A DNA stretch of 64,000 nucleotides. Origin: Oscillospiraceae bacterium. GTDB taxonomy: Bacteria; Bacillota; Clostridia; Oscillospirales; Oscillospiraceae. The notes beneath the pieces are model-generated. The model did not search any database. It was not told the origin of the DNA and saw only the letters and a program-made list of their open reading frames with translations. This document shows positions 17,086 to 24,808 of this stretch, piece by piece; position 1 is the first letter of the stretch, and each line of letters starts with the position of its first letter. The translations under genes and the position numbers were made by a program. Location: the NCBI GenBank assembly GCA_017405865.1, contig JAFQZN010000008.1, positions 81,539-145,538 on the forward strand. The letters are read 5' to 3'.

Positions 17086-18819
17086 TCAGCCCTCCCGTAA
17101 CGCGTCGAATTTGCAAAGCTGACGGCATACGCCGCAGCCGGTGCATTGGGTGCTGTCGACCTTTGCCTTGCTGTCTACGATGCTGATGGCGGGGCAGCCG
17201 ATCCTCATACACGCCTTGCAGCTCACGCACTTTTCTGCGTCCACGTGCAGCGGCGCCTTGTGCTTCACGTACTTTAAGAGCGCGCAGGGCCTTCTGGAAA
17301 TGATCACCGAGGCCTCCGGCGCAGCAAGCTCTTCCTTGATCACGCGCTCGCACTGGCCAAGATCGTACGGGTCAACGACGCTGACGCGCCGAATGCCCAG
17401 CGCGTGACACAGCGCCTCCAGATCGACCTTCGCCGCAGGATCACCCTTGAGGTTATAGCCGGTGGTCGGATTCTGCTGATGTCCGGTCATGCCGGTGATG
17501 GAGTTGTCAAGAATGATCACGGTGCTGTGCGAATCGTTATAGGCAATGTTGACAAGCCCCGTCATGCCGGAGTGCATAAAGGTCGAGTCGCCGATGACCG
17601 CAACGGTATTCGCGTCCGTTTTGCCTTCGTTTGCCTTATTAAAGCCGTGGATGCCGGAGACGGACGCACCCATGCAGATCACGCTGTCAACGGCGTTCAG
17701 CGGCGCGACGGCGCCGAGAGTATAGCAGCCGATATCGCCGATCACGTTGAGCTTCAGCTTTTTGAGCGTGTAGTACAGGCCCCGGTGCGGGCAGCCGGCG
17801 CACATGACCGGCGGTCGAGCCGGGATCGCTTCCTCCAGCGCACGACCCTCCGGCACGGGAAGACCGAGTCCTGCGGCGATCTTGTTCTGCGACAGCTCAT
17901 CAATATTGGAGAAGAGATTCTTTCCCTCGACCTGCAGACCGAGCGTCTTACAGTAGTCCTCCACGAAGCCGTCCAGCTCCTCTACGACCACAGCGCGGTC
18001 GACGGAGGACACGAAGTCCTTCAGCAGCTGATCCGGCAGCGGCCAGATCATGCCGAGCTTCAGCACGCTGACCTCCCTGCCGCAGATTTCACGCACGTAC
18101 TGATAGCAGGTGCTGGAGGTAATAATGCCGAGCTTTCGCTCCGTTCCTCTCTCATAACGATTGCAGGAAGCCGTTGCGGCGTATTCCGCCAGCGCGTTCA
18201 GCCGCGCCTCTACAATGGGATGGCGCTTCTTGGCGTAACCGGGCATCATGATGTACTTCATCGGATTCTTCTCGTAGGGCTTCTGCGGAAGCTCTACCCG
18301 CTCGGATGGCTCGACGACGCTTTGCGAATGCGCTACGCGTGTACACATCTTCAAAAGAACCGGTGTGTCAAACTGCTCGGAGATCTCGTAGGCGAGCTTG
18401 GTGAACGCAATGCCCTCGGCGGCGTCGGACGGCTCAAGCATCGGAACCTTTGCGGCCTTGGCATAGTTTCTGGAATCCTGTTCGTTCTGCGAGCTGTGCA
18501 TCCCGGCGTCGTCCGCGACGGCGATGATCATACCGGCGTTGACGCCCGTGTAGGCGATCGTAAACAGCGGATCGGCGGCCACGTTCAGACCGACGTGCTT
18601 CATGCCGCAGAAGCTGCGCTTGCCCGCCATTGACGCGCCGAACGCCGCCTCGACGGCGACCTTTTCATTCGGCGCCCACTCTGCGTAGATTTCGGGATAT
18701 TTTGCCGCGCATTCCGTGATCTCCGTACTCGGCGTACCGGGATAGCTGGACACGAAGGCGCATCCCGCTTCATATAGGCCTCTGGCAACGGCTTCGTTGC
18801 CGAGCATCAGTTGTTTCAT
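17086..18819 (-). CDS. iorA: Indolepyruvate/aryl-pyruvate:ferredoxin oxidoreductase alpha subunit
   Basis: LGNEAVARG, YPGTPSTEI, NEKVA, MKHVGLNVAAD, SSQNEQDSR, TPP motif IGDSTFMHSG..LDN, two C-terminal [4Fe-4S] motifs. Confidence 0.96.
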   Translation of the reverse strand: MKQLMLGNEAVARGLYEAGCAFVSSYPGTPSTEITECAAKYPEIYAEWAPNEKVAVEAAFGASMAGKRSFCGMKHVGLNVAADPLFTIAYTGVNAGMIIAVADDAGMHSSQNEQDSRNYAKAAKVPMLEPSDAAEGIAFTKLAYEISEQFDTPVLLKMCTRVAHSQSVVEPSERVELPQKPYEKNPMKYIMMPGYAKKRHPIVEARLNALAEYAATASCNRYERGTERKLGIITSSTCYQYVREICGREVSVLKLGMIWPLPDQLLKDFVSSVDRAVVVEELDGFVEDYCKTLGLQVEGKNLFSNIDELSQNKIAAGLGLPVPEGRALEEAIPARPPVMCAGCPHRGLYYTLKKLKLNVIGDIGCYTLGAVAPLNAVDSVICMGASVSGIHGFNKANEGKTDANTVAVIGDSTFMHSGMTGLVNIAYNDSHSTVIILDNSITGMTGHQQNPTTGYNLKGDPAAKVDLEALCHALGIRRVSVVDPYDLGQCERVIKEELAAPEASVIISRRPCALLKYVKHKAPLHVDAEKCVSCKACMRIGCPAISIVDSKAKVDSTQCTGCGVCRQLCKFDALREG

Positions 18820-18836
18820 GCTGACGCCTCCTGATT

Positions 18837-20474
18837 TCAGTTTGTGATCTGTGCCTCGACCAGACGGCCGTGGCAGTATTTCTCGCGCAGGACGGGCTTT
18901 TCGATCTTGCCGGTCGGATTGCGCGGGACCTTTTCAAAAATGATTTTACGCGGGCGCTTATAGCGCGGCATACCGAGGCAGAATTCGTTGATCTCTTCCT
19001 CTGTGCAGGTCGCGCCGTCCTTAATCTCGATGATTGCGGCGGCAATCTCTCCGAGCCGAGGATCGGGCAGGCCGATCACGGCGACGTCCTTGATCTTCTC
19101 GTGTGCGCGCATGAAATCTTCAATCTGCACGGGATAGAGGTTTTCGCCGCCGGTGATGATAACGTCCTTCTTGCGGTCGACCAGATAGATAAAACCGTCC
19201 TCGTCGTATTTCGCCATATCGCCGGTATAGAGCCAGCCGTTTTTGAGAACCTCGTTCGTCGCTTCTTCGTTCTTATAATAGCAGAGCATGACGCCGGGAC
19301 CATGGACGATCAGCTCGCCGACCTCGTCGCCGGAGACGGGAGTTCCCTGCTCGTTGACGATCTTCGCTTCCCAGCCAAAGCCGGGCTTACCGATCGCGCC
19401 GACCTTGTCGATGTTTTCCACACCGAGGTGAACGCAGCCAGGGCCGATGGATTCAGACAGCCCGTAGTTGGTATCATACTGATGATGCGGGAAGATCGCC
19501 TTCCAGCGCTTGATCAGACTGGGCGGAACGGGCTGCGCGCCGATGTGCATCAGGCGCCACTGATCCAGCGCATAGTGGGAAATATCCAGCCTGCCGGAGT
19601 CGATCGCGTCCAGAATATCCTGCGCCCACGGGACGAGCAGCCAGACGATGGTGCATTTTTCCTCCGAGACGGCGCGCAGGATCCACTCGGGCTTCACGCC
19701 GCGCAGCAGAACGGCGCGGCTGCCGGAGAGCAGGCTGCCGAACCAGTGCATTTTTGCGCCGGTATGATAAAGGGGCGGAATGCAGAGGAAAACATCGTCG
19801 CGCTTCTGTCCGTGGTGATTCTGCTCCGTGCGACAGGAGCTGACGAGCGCACGGTGGTTATGCAGGATCGCCTTGGGGAAGCCGGTCGTGCCGGAGGAAA
19901 AATAGATCGCCGCATAGTCCTCCTCGGTCAGTTCGACCGGAGGGGCAGAATGAGAGCAGTAATTGACAAGCTCAAGGTAGGACTCTGCAAAGGGCGGCAC
20001 GTCCCTGCCGACGAAGAACATGAATTTCACGCGCGCCATGCGCTTGACGATCGGCTTGATACGGTCGGTAAACTCCGGACCGAAGACAAGCACCTCGACG
20101 TCGGCAAGATCGACGCAGTATTCGATCTCGTCGCTCGAATAGCGAAAGTTCATCGGCACAGCGAGCGCGCCGGACTTCAGAATGCCGAAATAGATCGGCA
20201 GCCACTCGAGACAGTTCATCAGCAGGATGCCGACCTTTTGACCCTTTTTGATGCCGCGGCTCAAAAGCAGGTTGGCAAAGCGGTTCGCCCTTTGGTCGAA
20301 CTCTTCCCACGTCATCTCTCTGCGGTAGGGCTGATCTGTGCTCGTATTCTCGATCAGTCGGAACTCACGCCACGTTTTCGCACGGTCGCGCTCCTCCGAG
20401 GGGTTGATCTCGACCAAAGCGACCTCTGCGCCGTAAAAACGCGCATTTCTTTCCAAAAAATCGGTTATTACCAT
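18837..20474 (-). CDS. AMP-forming acyl/aryl-CoA ligase (ANL superfamily), substrate unknown
   Basis: YFSSGTTGFPK, YGLSE, LYTGD, DRKKDVIITGGENLYP, PRNPTGKI; RBS AAAGGAG. Confidence 0.92.
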   Translation of the reverse strand: MVITDFLERNARFYGAEVALVEINPSEERDRAKTWREFRLIENTSTDQPYRREMTWEEFDQRANRFANLLLSRGIKKGQKVGILLMNCLEWLPIYFGILKSGALAVPMNFRYSSDEIEYCVDLADVEVLVFGPEFTDRIKPIVKRMARVKFMFFVGRDVPPFAESYLELVNYCSHSAPPVELTEEDYAAIYFSSGTTGFPKAILHNHRALVSSCRTEQNHHGQKRDDVFLCIPPLYHTGAKMHWFGSLLSGSRAVLLRGVKPEWILRAVSEEKCTIVWLLVPWAQDILDAIDSGRLDISHYALDQWRLMHIGAQPVPPSLIKRWKAIFPHHQYDTNYGLSESIGPGCVHLGVENIDKVGAIGKPGFGWEAKIVNEQGTPVSGDEVGELIVHGPGVMLCYYKNEEATNEVLKNGWLYTGDMAKYDEDGFIYLVDRKKDVIITGGENLYPVQIEDFMRAHEKIKDVAVIGLPDPRLGEIAAAIIEIKDGATCTEEEINEFCLGMPRYKRPRKIIFEKVPRNPTGKIEKPVLREKYCHGRLVEAQITN

Positions 20475-20490
20475 AATCTGTCTCCTTTGC

Positions 20491-20730
20491 AATAAAAAAT
20501 CGTCCGCTGCTTTCGCAGAGGACGAGAATTTCCCGTGGTACCACCTCTATTGGGTCTCAACGGATCAAACGATCCAGCGCTGTAACGGGCGCAGCCGTTC
20601 CTGCCTACTGAAGCGTTCGGCAGAACCGCTCGGAAAGGTATTCTGTCCGCGCGCTGCCGCTGCCTTTCACCGACTGGCAGCTCTCTGTGGGTGCGTTCGC
20701 GGACGTACTTGTTTTCGTCGTCGCGTTTTC
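20491..20730 (-). ncRNA. T-box riboswitch, Tyr specifier (UAC), transcription-attenuation type
   Basis: Minus strand shows Stem I with ACAAGUA, AGAGAGCUG, CGGUGAAA and GAA-UAC; Stem II CAGUAG..GAACGG..CCCGUUA; T-box AAUAGAGGUGGUACCACGGG; antiterminator GAGG[UGGUACC]ACGGG/CUCGU-CCUC; terminator CGUCC-CUGC-GAAA-GCAG-GGACG plus U6. The layout matches the B. subtilis tyrS leader as I recall it. Confidence 0.95.
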
Positions 20731-20740
20731 TATCTCAAAT

Positions 20741-20769
20741 ACTTTAGCACTTTTAATCGTTAAAGTCAA
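20741..20769 (-). promoter_or_regulatory. sigmaA promoter of the T-box leader
   Basis: TTGACT-17-TAAAGT with extended -10 TG. Confidence 0.75.
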
Positions 20770-21194
20770 GTATTATTTTTCACGGGAAACGGGCTTTGCA
20801 GCACATAGCCGTTCATGCTTGCCTTTGCAACGAGTGTGCCAAGATCGTCGCGAATGATCACGTCGTATAAGGCGACTGTCCGTCCCTGTTTGACGACGTT
20901 GGCAGCGGCGATCAGCTGCGTACCCTTTGCGGCAGTCAGGTAGGTAATGTCTCCGTGCAGCGTGATCGTGTTGGTCTGCTCCGCTTGACCGTTGGCGGCG
21001 ACGGCGGAGGCAAAATCAGCGAGTGTAAAGATCGCACCGCCCATCACGGTGCCTCTTGCGTTCAAATGCTTCGGAAGAATGGGCATGGTGCAGACCGCGT
21101 GGCCGCGTTCTGCCGTTTCGATCGTGATCTCTGCCGCTTCTGTCGCAAAACGGTCGGCAGTAAAGGCGCGACGGATCTCTTCCAGTGTTCTCAT
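20766..21194 (-). CDS. PaaI-family hotdog-fold thioesterase
   Basis: HLNARGTVMGGAIFTLADFASAVAAN, ITYL, KQGRT; start MRTLEE at 21194. Confidence 0.85.
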   Translation of the reverse strand: MRTLEEIRRAFTADRFATEAAEITIETAERGHAVCTMPILPKHLNARGTVMGGAIFTLADFASAVAANGQAEQTNTITLHGDITYLTAAKGTQLIAAANVVKQGRTVALYDVIIRDDLGTLVAKASMNGYVLQSPFPVKNNT

Positions 21195-21266
21195 GGGTTT
21201 TCTCCTTCCGGAATATGAAAAGTGATATAAGTATATCATTTTTCAAATAAATTGCAAGGATAATTC

Positions 21267-21295
21267 TTGCAAAAACAGCGCTGTGGTGGTAAAAT
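21267..21295 (+). promoter_or_regulatory. sigmaA promoter of the COG0523 pair
   Basis: TTGCAA-17-TAAAAT with extended -10 TG. Confidence 0.7.
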
Positions 21296-21345
21296 ATATG
21301 GGAATTTTGGAACGTCTGCAACCAGACGTGAAAGGAAGCGTTTCT

Positions 21346-22521
21346 ATGACAACCATCGACATTTATTCCGGCTTTCTCGGCGCAGGCAAAACGACCCTCA
21401 TCAAAAAGATGATCAAGGAAGCCTATTCCGGGGAAAAGATCGTCCTGATCGAAAACGAATTCGGCGAGATCGGCATCGACGGCGGCTTTATGCAGGACGC
21501 CGGCATTCAGGTCAACGAAATGAACTCCGGCTGCATCTGCTGCTCTCTCGTCGGCGATTTCAGCAAGGCGCTGCAGCAGGTCATCAGCGAGTACCAGCCC
21601 GACCGCATTCTGATTGAGCCGTCCGGCGTCGGCAAATTGAGCGACGTGATCGCCGCCGTGCAGCGCTCCGTCGGCGGCGACGTGCAGCTCGGCTGCTTCG
21701 TCACCGTCGCTGACGCGACGAAGTGCAAGGTATATCTCAAGAACTTCGGCGAATTCTACAGCAATCAGATCGAGACGGCGTCCGCGATCATTCTCAGCCG
21801 CACGTCGACGATCGCCGATGATAAGCTGGACGCTGCCGTTTCCCTGCTCCGCGAACACAACAAGGAAGCCGTGATTATCACGACGCCCTGGGAGCAGTTG
21901 ACCGGCGCGCAGATTCTGGAAGCCATGCGTCACCAGAACTCTCTGACCGAGGAGCTGGCGGAGCTGATCGAGCACGAGCATCACCATCATGACGGCGAGG
22001 AATGCGACGATCCTGACTGCGCCTGCCATCATCACCACCACCACGACCATGAGGACGGCGAGGAGGAACATCACCACCATCATCACGACCATGATGATGA
22101 CGAGGAAGAGCATCACCACCATCATCACGACCATGATGATGACGAGGAAGAGCATCACCACCATCATCACGACCATGATGATGACGAGGAGGAACATCAT
22201 CACCATCATCACCCTCCTCACCATCATCATCACGGACACGACGCAGACGAAGTCTTCCAGAGCTGGGGCGTGGAGACGCATAAGAAATACAGCAAGGACG
22301 ACCTCAATGCCATTCTTTCCGCGTTGGACAGCGATGAGACCTACGGTGTCGTCCTGCGCGCAAAGGGCATTGTTCAGGCGCCGGACGGATCGTGGATCCA
22401 TTTTGACCACGTTCCCGGAGAGATTGATGTTCGCAGCGGCAGCGCTGCCGTCACCGGCCGTCTGTGCGTGATCGGCTCGAAGCTCAAAGAGGCGGAAATC
22501 GTCAAGTTGTTTGGAGTGTAA
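21346..22521 (+). CDS. COG0523/CobW-family G3E GTPase metallochaperone with long His/Asp/Glu insert
   Basis: GFLGAGKTT, ENEFGEIGIDG, GCICC, IEPSG; C-terminal LRAKG CobW_C domain. Confidence 0.93.
   Translation: MTTIDIYSGFLGAGKTTLIKKMIKEAYSGEKIVLIENEFGEIGIDGGFMQDAGIQVNEMNSGCICCSLVGDFSKALQQVISEYQPDRILIEPSGVGKLSDVIAAVQRSVGGDVQLGCFVTVADATKCKVYLKNFGEFYSNQIETASAIILSRTSTIADDKLDAAVSLLREHNKEAVIITTPWEQLTGAQILEAMRHQNSLTEELAELIEHEHHHHDGEECDDPDCACHHHHHHDHEDGEEEHHHHHHDHDDDEEEHHHHHHDHDDDEEEHHHHHHDHDDDEEEHHHHHHPPHHHHHGHDADEVFQSWGVETHKKYSKDDLNAILSALDSDETYGVVLRAKGIVQAPDGSWIHFDHVPGEIDVRSGSAAVTGRLCVIGSKLKEAEIVKLFGV
22027..22212 (+). repeat. 42-bp coding tandem repeat, about 4.4 copies (HHHHHHDHDDDEEE)
   Basis: Units start at 22027, 22069, 22111, 22153 and 22195; units 2 and 3 are identical (CATCACCACCATCATCACGACCATGATGATGACGAGGAAGAG). 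Confidence 0.95.
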
Positions 22522-22524
22522 GTC

Positions 22525-23460
22525 ATGCCAGTTCCCGTTTATGCATTTACCGGATTTCTGGATTCCGGCAAGACGAAATTCATTCAGGATACGCTGTGCG
22601 ACCCGCGATTTAACGCCGGTGAGCGTACGCTCCTTCTGATCTGTGAGGAAGGCGAAGAGGAATACGATATTTCAGCCTATCCCTATCACCACGTCTATCC
22701 CGAGGTCGTCGATCAGGACAAGATCACGACGCAGGAGCTGGAGGCGCTGTTCAAAAAGCATCGCTGCGAGCGCGTGGTTGCAGAGTTGAACGGCATGCTG
22801 CAGGTCGGCGCGTTTTATCAAAAAATGCCGGAGGACTGGCAGATCGCGCAGGAGGTCATGTTCGCCGACGCATCGACGATCATGAGCTATAACGCGAATA
22901 TGCGCTCGCTCGTCGTGGACAAGCTGACCGGTTGTGAGATGGTCGTATTTAATCGCGTTCCGGTCGGAGCGGACGTCATGCCGATGCACAAGCTGGCACG
23001 CGCCCTCAACCGCCGCGTCGGCATCCTCTACGAGTACACGGACGGCAAAATGGATTACGACGAAATTGAGGATCCCCTGCCCTTTGATATCAACGCACCG
23101 ATCATCGAGATCAAGGATGAGGATTTTGCGCTCTGGTATCGCGACATGAGCGAGGAGCCGAAAAAGTACAAGGACAAGACCGTGCGCTTCAAGGCGCAGG
23201 TTGCCCGTCTGCGCAAGGAAAAGGACGGCTTCTTCGCACCCGGCCGCTTCGTGATGACCTGCTGCGTCGAGGATATTCAATTCATGGGCGTTCCCTGCAA
23301 ATATGAAAGGAGCGACGAGCTGCGCGCCCGCGACTGGGTTATGGTGACAGCAAAGATCAACGTTCGCTTTCATTCGATTTACCGCGGCATTGGACCGGTT
23401 CTGGAGGCGTTGGAAGTCTCCCCTGCCGAACCGCCGCAAAATGAGGTCGCGACCTTCTGA
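22525..23460 (+). CDS. COG0523 partner: CobW-like P-loop N-domain plus C-terminal MTCCxxD domain (TIGR03943-like)
   Basis: VYAFTGFLDSGKT, ELNGM, GRFVMTCCVEDI; starts 3 nt after the GTPase gene. Confidence 0.7.
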   Translation: MPVPVYAFTGFLDSGKTKFIQDTLCDPRFNAGERTLLLICEEGEEEYDISAYPYHHVYPEVVDQDKITTQELEALFKKHRCERVVAELNGMLQVGAFYQKMPEDWQIAQEVMFADASTIMSYNANMRSLVVDKLTGCEMVVFNRVPVGADVMPMHKLARALNRRVGILYEYTDGKMDYDEIEDPLPFDINAPIIEIKDEDFALWYRDMSEEPKKYKDKTVRFKAQVARLRKEKDGFFAPGRFVMTCCVEDIQFMGVPCKYERSDELRARDWVMVTAKINVRFHSIYRGIGPVLEALEVSPAEPPQNEVATF

Positions 23461-23470
23461 TACTGAAACG

Positions 23471-23503
23471 AAACCACCTTCACAGCTTTAGTGAAGGTGG
23501 TTT
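23471..23503. terminator. Bidirectional terminator
   Basis: 13-bp perfect stem AAACCACCTTCAC/GTGAAGGTGGTTT. Confidence 0.8.
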
Positions 23504-23505
23504 TT

Positions 23506-24060
23506 CTATTCTTCCGCAAAGGGTTTGTCTTTTAAAACGACCTCGCGAATAAAACGGAAGGTCTCTTTTTCGCCACGGTCGCGCAGCATCGTCAAAATAT
23601 AAACCAGCTCGCGCTTCGTCTGCGGGTGCATCATGGAGGCTTCCCGGGCCTCCTGCGACTGTTCGAGATATTCCAGCGCGTCGCCCTCTTTGTAATTCTT
23701 TCCGTGATAGGTCTTGCAGGCGGCGATGCGATCCATCACCATCTCCGCAAGATACCTGCGCGGCATCGGCACCGGTTCGTAGCGGCGCGTATGGACGTTC
23801 AGATCGGTCCAGTATTCAAAGTGGTGCTTGTTCCTGCCCTTGTGATGCATCCAAGCCTTGGAGTAGCCGAACAGCTCACGCTCTTTTGAGTTCGGGCTGC
23901 GCGTACCCTGATAGTATTTCAGCCCCGAGCGAAACTCCGTCGGTGAGTATTTTGACAGGTCGTGCGTCAGACCCTGACGGTATAGACCGACGGCAAAACA
24001 GCCCTTTCGTACCAGCCGGCGGTGCTTCATTACAGTGCGAAGATGTTTCCAAAAGTACAT
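23506..24060 (-). CDS. DUF5662-like HD-type protein
   Basis: KHRRLV, THDLSKYSPTEF, AWMHHKGRNKHHFEYW, EMVMDRIAA. Confidence 0.75.
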   Translation of the reverse strand: MYFWKHLRTVMKHRRLVRKGCFAVGLYRQGLTHDLSKYSPTEFRSGLKYYQGTRSPNSKERELFGYSKAWMHHKGRNKHHFEYWTDLNVHTRRYEPVPMPRRYLAEMVMDRIAACKTYHGKNYKEGDALEYLEQSQEAREASMMHPQTKRELVYILTMLRDRGEKETFRFIREVVLKDKPFAEE

Positions 24061-24069
24061 TGTTTTCCT

Positions 24070-24756
24070 CTATTCTTCTAACGCCTTTTCCAGTTTTTGC
24101 AGCGCTTTTTTCTCGATTCTGCTGACGTAGCTGCGGCTGATGCCGCATTTCTGCGCAATCTCCCGCTGTGTCTGCGGCTTGCGGTTGCCGATGCCGTAGC
24201 GCATCAGAATGATCTGCTTTTCGCGCGGCTCCAAACAGGTGTCGATTTTCTGATACAGCTTTGCGTAAATCTCCTTGTCGGATAGCTGCTCAAACAGATC
24301 GTCCTCCGAGCAGATCACGTCCATCAGGGAAAGCGCGGTGCCGTCCTTCCCCGTCTCGATATATTCAGACAGAGAGACGTCGGAAGCACTTTTTCGCTGT
24401 CCGCGAAAGTACATCAGGATCTCATTTTCCACACATCGCGCAGCGTAGGTCGCGAGTCTCGCTCCCTTCGACGCGTCAAAGGTCGAGATTCCCTTGATCA
24501 GGCCGATCGTTCCGATGGAGATCAAATCCTCCTGATCCGAAGTCTGCGTGTAGTATTTCTTCATGATGTGCGCAACAAGGCGCAAATTTCGCTCGATCAG
24601 GATATTTCTCGCATGCAGATCTCCCTGCGCGGAAAGCTCCAGATAATGTGCTTCCTCCTTCGCAGTCAAAGGCTTCGGAAAGGAACCCGAGCCGTTGGAC
24701 AGCCGCAGGGAGTAAAGAATGCTGCTGATCATCAGCCAGACAGCTGCGCCCAGCAT
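24070..24756 (-). CDS. sigK: Pro-sigmaK, mother-cell sporulation sigma factor (uninterrupted)
   Basis: SFPKPL, LIERNLRLVAHIMKKY, DLISIGTIGLIK, LATYAARCVENEILM, TQREIA..GISRSYVSRIEKKAL. Confidence 0.95.
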   Translation of the reverse strand: MLGAAVWLMISSILYSLRLSNGSGSFPKPLTAKEEAHYLELSAQGDLHARNILIERNLRLVAHIMKKYYTQTSDQEDLISIGTIGLIKGISTFDASKGARLATYAARCVENEILMYFRGQRKSASDVSLSEYIETGKDGTALSLMDVICSEDDLFEQLSDKEIYAKLYQKIDTCLEPREKQIILMRYGIGNRKPQTQREIAQKCGISRSYVSRIEKKALQKLEKALEE

Positions 24757-24773
24757 CCAACCACCTCCGAAAC

Positions 24774-24803
24774 AGCGTATTCAGAGGCGGCAAGTCCCTA
24801 TGA
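24774..24803 (-). promoter_or_regulatory. sigmaE-type promoter of sigK
   Basis: TCATAGG-15-AATACGCT versus consensus TCATATT-15-CATACGAT. Confidence 0.5.
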
Positions 24804-24808
24804 CAGGA

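Noticed and set aside
16511-17353. 280-aa iorB with a long N-terminal extension
   Set aside because: The extension overlaps iorA in another frame; the real start is ATG 17083 with RBS GGAGGG. Similar over-extended starts were trimmed for apbE, LCP, nrdG, spoIIIAB/AD/AF, lon and tig.
21195-21345. Zur box expected upstream of the COG0523 gene
   Set aside because: No match to TAAATCGTAATNATTACGATTTA; only the unrelated 16-bp palindrome is present.
22027-22212. Regular repeats as a possible CRISPR array
   Set aside because: Contiguous in-frame coding repeats with no spacers and no cas genes; the 33681/33992 pair is only two copies.
21989-22471. Thr/Ile/Met-rich ORF (ITTIITTMMMTRK repeats)
   Set aside because: Alternative frame of the His-rich tandem repeat.
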